From IMG/VR virus record IMGVR_UViG_3300027739_000008: a stretch of 64,000 nucleotides of DNA; one strand, given 5' to 3'. Below are positions 15,290 to 24,342 of this stretch, one piece after another. Position 1 is the stretch's first letter. Every line of letters begins with the position of its first letter. The notes beneath the pieces were generated by a model, which made no database searches, was not told the DNA's origin, and saw only the letters and a program-made list of their open reading frames with translations. The position numbers were made by a program, and so were the translations under genes. Source of the DNA: an uncultured virus (IMG/VR IMGVR_UViG_3300027739_000008). Its lineage: Duplodnaviria > Heunggongvirae > Uroviricota > Caudoviricetes.

Positions 15290-16313
15290 TCCTTCCCCCT
15301 TTATAATTCACCCCGCTATCATACTTAACCCATTCTCCCCCGCGATCCGCGTCTACCACCGTCCACGGACGCAGAAAGTCGGGAACGAAGAGATGCCGGT
15401 CACAGCCCGTTTTTTGCCGTTTATCGTCCAGGGCATAGTCAAGATTGTCCTGGTCGCGAGAGCACGTCCAAACGCCGCCTTTTGAGTCGTGCGCGTCCAT
15501 CGGCGTCGAGTGCAGACACGTCCTGCAGTTGCGCTCGATCCTGTCCCGAGAAAAGGGAACGAACGCCCATCCCGCCCCGGTATCCTTCCACTCCGTCCCG
15601 AAACAAAGACCGTGATACTCGCAAAACAGGCAATCTTGGTTTTTCGGATCATCCGACAACACGCCCGCGGGCCGCGGCGACTCGACCACGGCGCGAGCTT
15701 TACCCGCGAGACCCTGAGCCATCAGGTGATCCAATTTTACCCGTTCCCCGTAGATTTCGTCAGTGTTCTTGTTGACGGCGATATACATGGCCCGGTCAAA
15801 TTCACCGGGGTAGGATTCATTCATCTTGTACATATAGACTTGCATCTGCGCGAAGTGGTAGGGCTTGGCCTGTTGCACTCCCTTGTTTTTTAATTCCTGA
15901 AAGCTTTTCTCATTATGCGTCTTGAACTCGACGACGTGCCACTTTTTCGGCGCTTCCTCGAAACCTTGGGCGATCCCGTCGAGCGATCCGCCCGAGTGTT
16001 CGCAGAAAGAGACGCGGAACTGTTGTCCGGTCGAAGGGTCGCGGTCGTAAACCGTGATTCCGGCATTCCGCAAGTCGGCGACGATACGGCCCTCCTCGCG
16101 GTTCCCGGTATCAAAGAGGCGGAGGACGCGCCCAGGGAAGTTGGGAGCTAGGGCCCACCGGAAGGAAAACCAGAGGGCGCGGCGGCAGGGGTTCCCGAGA
16201 AGAGATGCCCCGAGGTGGGGACGTCGCCAGTCTCCGTTATGGGTCTCATAGTAGTCGGTGACGTGCTGGATGAAGCGAGCCGGGGGGCGGATGGCGGTCG
16301 AGATGTCAGGCAT
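15270..16313 (-). CDS. PD-(D/E)XK exonuclease, Cas4-like Fe-S type
   Basis: HLGAS..G.PC.R.LW, GSLDG, VEFKT, AQMQVYM, C.FC....C. Confidence 0.85.
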   Translation of the reverse strand: MPDISTAIRPPARFIQHVTDYYETHNGDWRRPHLGASLLGNPCRRALWFSFRWALAPNFPGRVLRLFDTGNREEGRIVADLRNAGITVYDRDPSTGQQFRVSFCEHSGGSLDGIAQGFEEAPKKWHVVEFKTHNEKSFQELKNKGVQQAKPYHFAQMQVYMYKMNESYPGEFDRAMYIAVNKNTDEIYGERVKLDHLMAQGLAGKARAVVESPRPAGVLSDDPKNQDCLFCEYHGLCFGTEWKDTGAGWAFVPFSRDRIERNCRTCLHSTPMDAHDSKGGVWTCSRDQDNLDYALDDKRQKTGCDRHLFVPDFLRPWTVVDADRGGEWVKYDSGVNYKGGRIEESRV

Positions 16314-16560
16314 GGTCGTACCGACTTATTATTGCCATCGCGTTGTTTCGCTTCTTTTGGCATTCAACGCAAGAACAATGAATGTAAGAAGGATCAGAAA
16401 AAGCTTTCAGCGCCGCGAGCAGCTCGTCGCGCTGGGCGGTGAGTTCTTCAAGCTGGTCGGCGGCCATTTTGGCGCGTGCAATGAGCTGAACGACTCCCAT
16501 GGTATCACATGGTTCGCACGGGGCGCGAAGGCACGCAATGTCAAATTCAAGGCTCATCAT
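16306..16560 (-). CDS. Hypothetical protein
   Basis: 84 aa in leftward operon with overlapping start/stop. Confidence 0.5.
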   Translation of the reverse strand: MMSLEFDIACLRAPCEPCDTMGVVQLIARAKMAADQLEELTAQRDELLAALKAFSDPSYIHCSCVECQKKRNNAMAIISRYDHA

Positions 16561-16966
16561 TCCCCTCCACGCTTTTCAGCGACTTCTCGACCATCTCAAT
16601 GATGAAGTCATCCGGAGTGGTAGCGCCAAAGTGTTCGACCTCGGCGCGCTGCCAGCCGTACAGGGCGCGGAGGGCGGAAAGAAGGGAATCGCGCTGGATC
16701 AATAACGCGTCCCTATCTTCTTTCATTTTCTCGACGCAATCGTCGGCAAGGTCTTCATCGGAAGCGGAACGGCACGCATTCACGCACGCGACTATTCGGC
16801 GGGCGTTGGCTTTTTGGATTTCGAGCGCAACTTCTTCGCCTTTTTTCGACAGCCAACCCCAGCCGCGAATCTGTGCAACTATATTTCCTTCACAGAGAGG
16901 CGCGCCAATATAATCGCCCATTCCATCTTCTTCCCACGGCTCCGGCGTGTGTAGTTTTTCCATCAT
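16547..16966 (-). CDS. Phage hypothetical (HTPEPW...ANARRIVACVNAC family)
   Basis: Recognisable phage accessory motif. Confidence 0.7.
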   Translation of the reverse strand: MMEKLHTPEPWEEDGMGDYIGAPLCEGNIVAQIRGWGWLSKKGEEVALEIQKANARRIVACVNACRSASDEDLADDCVEKMKEDRDALLIQRDSLLSALRALYGWQRAEVEHFGATTPDDFIIEMVEKSLKSVEGNDEP

Positions 16967-17196
16967 TCCCCTCCCTCAAGCTCGGCTATGAGCGCGTCGG
17001 CGAGTTGCCGTGATCTTTTCGCAATCGTCATAGTGCATTCAGGGGGAAAGCCGCCCGCTATTATTCCCGCCAACGCCTGCCCCGCGTAATACTCGCGGAG
17101 ACTCATGCCGGGCGAAGCGTTGTTATAATAGCGTGTTGTTTCCGTAATTCGTTCGCCGATTGGGCGGGCAAACGCAGCCTTGCTTGTGTCTTTCAT
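16963..17196 (-). CDS. Phage hypothetical (GMSLREYYAGQALAG...ADALI family)
   Basis: Common phage motif; GGAGG RBS before MKDTS. Confidence 0.7.
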   Translation of the reverse strand: MKDTSKAAFARPIGERITETTRYYNNASPGMSLREYYAGQALAGIIAGGFPPECTMTIAKRSRQLADALIAELEGGE

Positions 17197-17353
17197 CTTA
17201 TTACCGCCTCCAACGCCTTGACGCGAAGTGTCGCGCCCATAAAAATTGCCGTATCTACCGGCCGTTGCCACAGAGCGAACGCCGCAACCATCTCTTTCCG
17301 AGTAATATGACCAAGACGAAACTCGGCCATGGTATCTTTCAATTCTGCGTATT

Positions 17354-17545
17354 TCATACCGTCTCCTTCAAATTCTCAATCGCCTGTCGTTTAAGCGCCT
17401 CGAATAATTCCGCCACGGCGGCATAGTCGCGCGAGGAGGTGGCCGATAAGGTAATAAGACGGTTATCTCCTATGCTTGCCGTTGCTGTATATCCGCCGTC
17501 AACCTCGTCGATGGTCACGGTCAGGCCGTTTACGATGGTTTTCAC
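17354..17545 (-). CDS. Hypothetical protein
   Basis: Conserved in unit B 54773-54976. Confidence 0.6.
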   Translation of the reverse strand: MKTIVNGLTVTIDEVDGGYTATASIGDNRLITLSATSSRDYAAVAELFEALKRQAIENLKETV

Positions 17546-17752
17546 CTGAATTCCTCCTCAAGTTCTTTTCTTTCAGCCGCCTTGTTAAAAAAGGCGTTGT
17601 CTACCGCCACTTGTGCGCCCTGAATGACATCGCGCGGCAGGGTCGAAAGATCCTCGCGCTCGGGGTGCTGAAGGCGCAAATAGATAGAAATGGCGCGGGT
17701 ATATTCGCCCATGCGAACCGCCCGGCGAAAGCGGGGGTCTTGAAGGATGTCG

Positions 17753-17992
17753 CTATTTTCCATCGCCATACCTCGTGCCTGAATGCGAATCCGGGCCAAA
17801 GAGCGCGCCTGCGATGGCCCGTCCGATTCTCGCAAAAAGGTTGTTTTCATACCTCTTGAGCGATTCCTCGGTGCTTTCAGCCAGCCGGTCAATGTTTTTC
17901 ATTTGTATAACATATACCAAGTTGGCAAGAGTCAAGGCAACTAAAAGTATGCCACAAATTAAAACGCCCGCAATCAAAACAATGTCTTTCAT
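17753..17992 (-). CDS. Small membrane protein
   Basis: N-terminal TM; GGAGG RBS; downstream of leftward promoter at ~18016-18044. Confidence 0.5.
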   Translation of the reverse strand: MKDIVLIAGVLICGILLVALTLANLVYVIQMKNIDRLAESTEESLKRYENNLFARIGRAIAGALFGPDSHSGTRYGDGK

Positions 17993-18113
17993 TCCGTCCG
18001 TCCTCCGATGTTTTAATTCTATACCAGAAAATAAATAAATACAAGATAAATCGGCGTTTTTCTCGTTTATTTTTGTATAATAAAATAAAGTGCCTTATAC
18101 GAAAATAAACTAG

Positions 18114-18157
18114 AAAAACGGCCCCATAGTGGGGCCGGGCCTGATGGGGGCCTATAG
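18114..18157 (-). terminator. Terminator after SSB gene
   Basis: Minus strand CGGCCCC-ACTAT-GGGGCCG-TTTTT; conserved at ~55906-55947. Confidence 0.65.
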
Positions 18158-18159
18158 CG

Positions 18160-18675
18160 TTACTTCCCCGGCCAGTTTTCCCACGGCTTGTAGGGCAAGC
18201 CGGTTGCCGGATTGACGGGGGGCTGTCCGGCCACCACGGGCGCGGGCTTGGTCACGATGGTGACGGGTGCGGTGGGGGCCGTCTGATACGCCATATAGTT
18301 CTTGATGCGGTTCGACGGCCCGTACTCGCCCTGTCCGGGTTGGATGCCGACCTTGACGGTCATCGGGATATTGTGGAGCTCCTCGGAGTTCTGGGCTCCC
18401 GGCTTGTTTACGGCGGCGACGATGGTCGCGAGCTCCCGGTTGGCGATCTCGACTGCCTTGGGGTTCGGGTTCCAGAGATTCAGGATCACGAAAATGATCC
18501 TTCCCTGAAATTCGCCTTCGATGATCTCGACGCGCAACGAGAGATACTGTCCATCCCCTGTCTTGGTCGGCTTGATTTCGGATTCCGTGATGACGGCCTT
18601 ATAGTCTCCGACCGGGATCGGGGTGAAGTCGTCCATGGGTTTCGCGTTCTGGTAGTCATTTCCTAATGCGGGCAT
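18160..18675 (-). CDS. DUF669 single-stranded DNA-binding protein
   Basis: PIPVGDYKAVI..SE.K.TK.G.G.YL.L..EI.EG...GR; next to Sak4. Confidence 0.85.
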   Translation of the reverse strand: MPALGNDYQNAKPMDDFTPIPVGDYKAVITESEIKPTKTGDGQYLSLRVEIIEGEFQGRIIFVILNLWNPNPKAVEIANRELATIVAAVNKPGAQNSEELHNIPMTVKVGIQPGQGEYGPSNRIKNYMAYQTAPTAPVTIVTKPAPVVAGQPPVNPATGLPYKPWENWPGK

Positions 18676-18739
18676 AATGTTTCCTTATAAAAAAAGTTAG
18701 AGAATTACCCGGCGCGCGCTAACGGCGGCCGGGGGAGAG

Positions 18740-19006
18740 TTATTTATTCGCGAGCCACGCGATGAACCGGCAAGAAAGACTCATTTCGGTCTCGTAGCCG
18801 TTCGGTCCGGTAAACTTGCGCGCGGGGGCGTTCGGAATGGCGTCGAAAACCGCGTGCAGTTCCTCGATTTTCTTTTTTTCTTCCTGCCAGTTATCGTACC
18901 AAGAATCCTTGCTGGCTTCTGTGCTTTTCAGTCTGGTTTCCAGATCCGCGATTCTCTTCTCGGCCGCAACCAACGCGGCGGGTTTTCGCTTTTTCGCCTC
19001 TGCCAT
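18740..19006 (-). CDS. Coiled-coil hypothetical (unit A only)
   Basis: 88 aa, AAGGA RBS. Confidence 0.55.
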   Translation of the reverse strand: MAEAKKRKPAALVAAEKRIADLETRLKSTEASKDSWYDNWQEEKKKIEELHAVFDAIPNAPARKFTGPNGYETEMSLSCRFIAWLANK

Positions 19007-19047
19007 TTTTTCCGTCCTTTCCCCGCGATAGGCACGGGGGCCGTATT

Positions 19048-19809
19048 TTATACCAAATACTCCGCGAACGGGTTGACGCCTTCCACGAAGGGCAAATCGA
19101 CCTTGATCCCGAGCCGGTTTTTCGAGACGTGCGCCGGGTGCGGGTAGCAGGTGATGATCCGTTCGCCCGAGGTGTTCGCCCGCTTGCCATCCTTGTCGGT
19201 GCCGGTCACGAAGGTTTTGAGTTTCAGGAAGGCCACGACGTCCACGTCGTCCACATAGTGCGATACGGATTTCTTGTGCATCCGGATCGTATACCGCGAG
19301 AACTGGGGTTGATCGGGGAGATCAAGCGACTCTACCTCGACATGGGCGAGGAAGAGGACATTCATGCCCTTTTCGTCGGCCAAGCGCTGCGCGATCTTGC
19401 GGAGCTCGAAGTGGTAGTTCGCGACGGCGGAATACCCCGCGCCGTATCCGCCCAAAGCGGTATTGATTGACGCGCCTTTCCCGCCCGCTTTCCGGTCGGC
19501 CTCCATGATCTCGGCCTCGGCGAAGGTATTGAACTTCGTAACGGTGTCGAATGCGACCGTTTTGAAGGGGTGATCCTCGGTCAAAAGCGCCATTGCCGCT
19601 TCCATGACATCGTTCGTGCTTTTTGCGACGGGGAACATGGCGACGTCTCCGCGCGATTCTATCGATTTCGAGCCGTCTTCGGCGCGAACCATTACCAGAT
19701 TCGGGAAGTATGAGGCAAGCGTCGTTTTACCGATACCGCCCTCCCCGCAAATGGTCATAATGAGCGGCCGCCGTTCCGGGGCGGTCAGGGAAGAAAGTGA
19801 TACTGCCAT
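19048..19809 (-). CDS. Sak4-like AAA_24 ssDNA-annealing ATPase
   Basis: GEGGIGKTT, EDG, KTVAFDTV, GGYGAGY, FLAH, KNR. Confidence 0.88.
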   Translation of the reverse strand: MAVSLSSLTAPERRPLIMTICGEGGIGKTTLASYFPNLVMVRAEDGSKSIESRGDVAMFPVAKSTNDVMEAAMALLTEDHPFKTVAFDTVTKFNTFAEAEIMEADRKAGGKGASINTALGGYGAGYSAVANYHFELRKIAQRLADEKGMNVLFLAHVEVESLDLPDQPQFSRYTIRMHKKSVSHYVDDVDVVAFLKLKTFVTGTDKDGKRANTSGERIITCYPHPAHVSKNRLGIKVDLPFVEGVNPFAEYLV

Positions 19810-19810
19810 A

Positions 19811-20458
19811 CTACCTCACCACCAGGGTCGAGCCCTGCGCATAGCGGATGCCGGGGAGGGAGAATTCGATCATCTCGAAATGATCCTCAACGGGCATTGC
19901 TTGTTTATAAAACACCATGTCCCGGTCAAGCGGATTTTCCGCGTCGGGTTTCTGGTACAGCGTGCCCGAGGCAAGTCCTTCCTTGATCTTGGTCGCCGAA
20001 AGCTCCGGTTCCTTGTACAGGAACTCCGGTATCTTCGCGATATCGAACGACGAATCCGTCTTGACCGACGCAGCCGTCGCCTGAATGCCCGCCGAGAAAA
20101 GCTCGGTCTTGTGCTTTTTCATGCCGAGGGCGTCGAACGCGAACCAAAGAAGATCCTTGATCCGTCCAGCCTCGTTCTCGCGAGCCTTCGCGCGCTTCGA
20201 AAGCCGGTCCATCTCTTCTTTGAGGGAATCGCGTTCGGCCTGAGCCGTCGCCGCGTTGGCCTTCAGGTTCTTGAAGAACTTGCAGATTCTGTCAAACTTG
20301 GAATCGAATGCCTCGGATTCCTCTTTAACCCATGCCGCGAAGGTCGTTTTTTCTTCGTCGGTCAGTTCCCGGGTTTCCCCGGTTTCTTCGTCGGTCAGTG
20401 ATTCGATAAGGGCGGATAAAGCCTTTACGTCACCCACGATGGTGTAAATAGTGCTCAT
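19811..20458 (-). CDS. Gp157-like (Gam-like) coiled-coil protein
   Basis: K.D.I....KNL.A......E..RL..R......IP...K...IKE.L..G...PG; first gene of leftward operon. Confidence 0.75.
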   Translation of the reverse strand: MSTIYTIVGDVKALSALIESLTDEETGETRELTDEEKTTFAAWVKEESEAFDSKFDRICKFFKNLKANAATAQAERDSLKEEMDRLSKRAKARENEAGRIKDLLWFAFDALGMKKHKTELFSAGIQATAASVKTDSSFDIAKIPEFLYKEPELSATKIKEGLASGTLYQKPDAENPLDRDMVFYKQAMPVEDHFEMIEFSLPGIRYAQGSTLVVR

Positions 20459-20489
20459 GGCACCTCCTCTCTACTCTCAAACTAAAATC

Positions 20490-20573
20490 AGTATAGCGCC
20501 GGTATTTTTTTATGTCAAGCGAAAAATTAAAAATAATTATGCGGTTGACAGTTTAATTTTTATCGTGTAATCT
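20490..20573. promoter_or_regulatory. Divergent promoter pair
   Basis: Leftward TTGACA-17-TATACT (20518-20490); rightward TTGACA-17-TAATCT (20545-20573); both conserved in unit B. Confidence 0.8.
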
Positions 20574-20592
20574 ATTTCTATTAGGGGGATCG

Positions 20593-20775
20593 ATGGCAAA
20601 CATATACTCGATCGAACAGATTAAAGAAAAATTAGCCGATAAAAAGATTTCGGTTATAGCAGAAAGGACCGGACTTTCCCGGCAAGAGATCTACAATGTG
20701 AAGCTGGGGAAAAACATCAGCTTCGCGACGTATGAAAAACTGGTTCATTATTTATTCCCGGATGGTGAGAAATGA
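20593..20775 (+). CDS. Cro-like HTH protein
   Basis: ISVIAERTGLSRQEIYNVKLG helix-turn-helix. Confidence 0.8.
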   Translation: MANIYSIEQIKEKLADKKISVIAERTGLSRQEIYNVKLGKNISFATYEKLVHYLFPDGEK

Positions 20776-21011
20776 AAGCTCTTTCGATGGAATCATTAAC
20801 CGGATATGGATCACGCGTCAGGGTTCTTTTCGACAAAACTGGTCGAGACTCTGACGAAACGACAATCGATATAGATTTTTCAAGAAATTCTTTCCCTGAT
20901 ATTTTCGCCTCGGGAGCTGGAGGAAGTATTTCTATTCGCGCGTCCGGATCAATAGAACAAACCGAAATCCTCGAAGCCTTCCGATCTGTTGTAAAAATGC
21001 TTGAATCATAA
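20772..21011 (+). CDS. Hypothetical protein
   Basis: 79 aa, ATGA overlap with HTH gene. Confidence 0.5.
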   Translation: MKALSMESLTGYGSRVRVLFDKTGRDSDETTIDIDFSRNSFPDIFASGAGGSISIRASGSIEQTEILEAFRSVVKMLES

Positions 21012-21020
21012 AGGGACGCC

Positions 21021-22922
21021 ATGCAAAAAAAGAAGGGCATAAACTTTCAAGAGGCGAACCGCATTGCCTCGGAATCAATACGCGACTGGCTCCCGGGATA
21101 CGACGACGGGAAGCGGCAAGGCGACTGGGTGAACGGAATTCCGAACCCGACGCGACCGGACCGGGACACGGCTTCTTTCGGCGTCAATCCGGTCGAAGGC
21201 CGATACCATGATTTTACCGGCGAGACGCATGATCTCCTGCATCTCTACGCGGTCGTCAATGGTTTGACCGATAAAGACGCGGCCTTGTCTCTCTTGCCCT
21301 CATCTCCCGAGCCCTACGAAACCAATATTTCCGCCCTTTTAGCCTCGCTCGACAAGCAGCGTGCCCCGACTATTCCCGGCGAATGGGACCACGTTCACCA
21401 GTATTCTGACGGCGTATGCTCTTTTTTTGTCTGTCGGAAGGATGCGCGGGACGACAAGCCGAAAGAAATCAGGCCGGCCACAATTTCGGGCGGTCAAGTT
21501 ATTTTCAAGAAACCCCCGAAGCCCGCGCAAGGGTATCCCTTGCTTAATCTCGACAAGATATTGACGGCACCGGCCGACGCTGAAATAGTCCTTGTGGAAG
21601 GCGAGGTCAAGTCCGAAGCGATTCCCGCGCCCTATATTGCGACATCCATCGCCGGGGGCGCGAACGCGTGGAAGGATACCGACCTTTCCCCTCTTCAAGG
21701 TCGTCGCGTTATCCTTTGGCCCGACAATGACGAGCCCGGCAAGAAGTGCATGGAAGAAATCCGCGCTATTTTGACCGATACCCGAATCATTACGCCCTCA
21801 TCCGACTGGCCAAAAGGCGCGGACGCGGCGAATTTCTCGTATGACGAACGGATTTCTATTATCCAAAGCGCGAAAAAGGTCGAGAAAAAATCCGCGTTCC
21901 CCTTGGTCAAGATCGGATCCCGTGATCTGAAGGCGCGGCAATGGCTCATAAAAGGGCTGATATCGAAACACTCTTTCACCTCGATTTTCGGCGCGTCGTA
22001 TACCGGTAAATCCTACGTAGCGGTTGATCTCGCGTGTCGCGTTGCTACCGGTGAGGATTTTTGCGGGTATCCGGTCAAAACTCCCGGCGCGGTGGTCTAT
22101 ATAGCGGGTGAAGGTTACGACGGAATAGAAAAGCGGTTTCTTGCATGGTCGATAAAAAATAATAAGAAAATGGATGAACTGCCGATCTATATTTCCCTTA
22201 TGCCCGCAGCGCTCGGAAATGATGATATAATGAAAACCGTAGAAGATTCGGTCCGGGACGTTGCCGGTCTGCACGACGGGAAAATATCCCTGATTATCTT
22301 CGATACCTGGGCGCGTAACTTTGAAGGAAACGAGAACGACTCGGCAGACACGAGCGCGGCCGTTCGGACGATAGACAACCTGAAAAACACCTATGAATGT
22401 GCTGCCTTGATCGTGCATCATACAGGGAAAGGAGACCAAACCAAGGCGCGAGGATCGTCGGTGCTCTATGGAGCACTCGACTTTGAATTCTCGGTCACGA
22501 ACAAAAATAGCACGATTCACATGGAAAATACGAAAATGAAAGACGGAACGCCTCCCCCGGTATTGCGTTTCGGGTTTGAAAATATCGTCGTCGGACAGGA
22601 CGAAGACGGCGAGGATGAAACCTCGGCGGTATTAAACCAGATTGATATTGAGGGAATTACCGGGCAAGCGGGCACGAAAGAAAAGACCTCGAAAGGGCTC
22701 GCTTGCGCGCTTGATATCCTGAAAGCGAACCCTACGGGAATAATTACTTCGACTTTTTTGTCGGAATTGACATTAAAAACCAGTGAACGAACCGCGTTCC
22801 GAACAAAAAAAAGCATGACCGAGGAAGGCAAGCTGATAGAAATTGACGGCAAAATATTCTTGCCGAAGGCAACTGAAGAAGGGAAAAAGGCAGAAAACAA
22901 TGAAAATATGGATATTTTCTAG
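21021..22922 (+). CDS. Toprim primase fused to AAA_25 (RepA/SF4-like) helicase
   Basis: LVEGE, LWPDND.PG, DAAN; GASYTGKS, YIAGEG, IIFDT, GNEN, IVHHTGK, RGSS. Confidence 0.9.
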   Translation: MQKKKGINFQEANRIASESIRDWLPGYDDGKRQGDWVNGIPNPTRPDRDTASFGVNPVEGRYHDFTGETHDLLHLYAVVNGLTDKDAALSLLPSSPEPYETNISALLASLDKQRAPTIPGEWDHVHQYSDGVCSFFVCRKDARDDKPKEIRPATISGGQVIFKKPPKPAQGYPLLNLDKILTAPADAEIVLVEGEVKSEAIPAPYIATSIAGGANAWKDTDLSPLQGRRVILWPDNDEPGKKCMEEIRAILTDTRIITPSSDWPKGADAANFSYDERISIIQSAKKVEKKSAFPLVKIGSRDLKARQWLIKGLISKHSFTSIFGASYTGKSYVAVDLACRVATGEDFCGYPVKTPGAVVYIAGEGYDGIEKRFLAWSIKNNKKMDELPIYISLMPAALGNDDIMKTVEDSVRDVAGLHDGKISLIIFDTWARNFEGNENDSADTSAAVRTIDNLKNTYECAALIVHHTGKGDQTKARGSSVLYGALDFEFSVTNKNSTIHMENTKMKDGTPPPVLRFGFENIVVGQDEDGEDETSAVLNQIDIEGITGQAGTKEKTSKGLACALDILKANPTGIITSTFLSELTLKTSERTAFRTKKSMTEEGKLIEIDGKIFLPKATEEGKKAENNENMDIF

Positions 22923-22923
22923 T

Positions 22924-23046
22924 AACTGCCAAACACTGCCAAAACCTGCCAATGGCAGTGTTTGGCATATATTTTTACTGCCAAACCCTGCCACGTATAT
23001 ATAATATACGTGGCAGTGGCAGGAAATGGCAGTCGGCGGTGGCAGT
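22924..23046. repeat. Putative replication origin A: CTGCCA/TGGCAG iterons around AT-rich palindrome
   Basis: About ten CTGCCA/TGGCAG copies; CTGCCACGTATAT-ata-ATATACGTGGCAG centre; directly after primase. Confidence 0.7.
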
Positions 23047-23117
23047 GTTCCAAAGAAACAGAGTGTATACTTTTTTATACACTTTATTTTTATACCAAAA
23101 AGGGGTATCATACGGCT

Positions 23118-23468
23118 ATGAAACGCAACTATGAGGAATCCCGCCTCCAAGCCGAAATCGTCAAGGCTTTTTCTCTTCTTGGCATATACGTCCTAATGTG
23201 CCCGAACGGAGAAATCACTGATATGTCGGCCAAGAAATATACCCGCCTGGTTGCCCTTGGGTTCCGACTGGGTGCCCCGGACCTTTTTTTATTCAAGAAG
23301 GGCGAGAATAGGTTTTTCGGGATGGAGCTGAAGCAGCCTGGAGGGAAGCAATCGCCGGGCCAGGTATCCTTCCAGGAAAAGTGTATCGCTAATAACTGGC
23401 CCTACGTGGTCGTCTCAAGTTTGGACGACGCCATTGTGGCCGCGAAGGGGTGGGGATTATGCCGGTAA
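23118..23468 (+). CDS. VRR-NUC domain nuclease (resolvase-like)
   Basis: ESRLQ..I, PNG, G...GAPDL, MELKQPGGKQS..Q..F. Confidence 0.85.
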   Translation: MKRNYEESRLQAEIVKAFSLLGIYVLMCPNGEITDMSAKKYTRLVALGFRLGAPDLFLFKKGENRFFGMELKQPGGKQSPGQVSFQEKCIANNWPYVVVSSLDDAIVAAKGWGLCR

Positions 23469-24022
23469 AGCCGACGCCAAAGCAAAAAGCTAAAACTATG
23501 CTCGAAACCAAGGCGAACAGGGAAGCGTTCGTTCGGGCGTACATCGATAACGATTTCAAAGACGCATCAAAAGTGTATGAAAAAGTATACGGTTGCTCGG
23601 CAAAGTCGGCGGTTTCTGCCGCGTCTCGTCTGTTGAAAGACGTCAATATCCAAGAGATGATGGCGGCGGAACTGGCCGAAACTATGAAGATAGCGCGCAT
23701 ACCCCTTGAAAAGCGCGTGGTCGATACGTGGATGAAGCGGGCGTTCTATGACGTCGCCGATATCGTCGATACACAAGGCGCGCTGAAGCACGATATGGAT
23801 GAGCTGAAACGGCTCGGCCTTTCCGTCTGCATCGACGGGATCGACGTCAAGCCGGATAAGGACGGCGGGGAGCACTACGTTTACAAATTGGCGGACCGGG
23901 ACAAGGCGCTTGAAATGCTCCAAAAGTACGCGCAAATCATCAAGCCTTTTGATGCGCGGGTCTCGGGCTTGGAGAATGCCGGGGCGTTCGTGGTTGAGTT
24001 CTTAAAGACGGGGGAAAAATGA
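23459..24022 (+). CDS. terS: Terminase small subunit
   Basis: FV.AY...A......G.S.KSA...ASRLL....I; KLADRDKALEML; upstream of TerL. Confidence 0.8.
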   Translation: MPVKPTPKQKAKTMLETKANREAFVRAYIDNDFKDASKVYEKVYGCSAKSAVSAASRLLKDVNIQEMMAAELAETMKIARIPLEKRVVDTWMKRAFYDVADIVDTQGALKHDMDELKRLGLSVCIDGIDVKPDKDGGEHYVYKLADRDKALEMLQKYAQIIKPFDARVSGLENAGAFVVEFLKTGEK

Positions 24023-24339
24023 AAGATACAAAGTTTACGCCGGGGCCGTGGGTTGTTTCTCGGCAATTAGGGACTATCGACGGGGAGCTTATGATTCTTG
24101 CTGGCGGGAAAGGAGAAACCGGAAGACCCTATGCGATTGCCGGTTTTATGACTTTTGATGCCAACGATGAAGAAAAAAAAGAATCTTTGGGAAATATAAC
24201 CCTTGCAATGGCCGCCCCGGATATGTACGCGGCACTGAAGAAAACGGCGGCATATATTTCAGAAGAGGGGGAGTCTGCTGGAATATCGCCATTATTGCAG
24301 ACTGTTCTGTCCGCGCTCGCGAAGGCTCGCGGCGAATAG
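24019..24339 (+). CDS. Phage hypothetical (TPGPW...AAPDMY.AL family)
   Basis: Common phage accessory motif; replaced by MTase in unit B. Confidence 0.7.
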   Translation: MKDTKFTPGPWVVSRQLGTIDGELMILAGGKGETGRPYAIAGFMTFDANDEEKKESLGNITLAMAAPDMYAALKKTAAYISEEGESAGISPLLQTVLSALAKARGE

Positions 24340-24342
24340 TTC

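Noticed and set aside
15270..16313. Cas4-like nuclease as part of a CRISPR-Cas system
   Set aside because: No cas1/cas2 or array; it sits in the Sak4/SSB recombination operon as in many phages
19604..20401. Long antisense ORFs (also 9439-10125, 21798-22520, 26416-27048, 36055-36732)
   Set aside because: Shadow frames of well-supported genes in GC-rich coding DNA, with no motifs or RBS
22962..23117. N-terminal extension of VRR-NUC in the ORF track
   Set aside because: Runs through the iteron region; unit B homolog and RBS support the start at 23118
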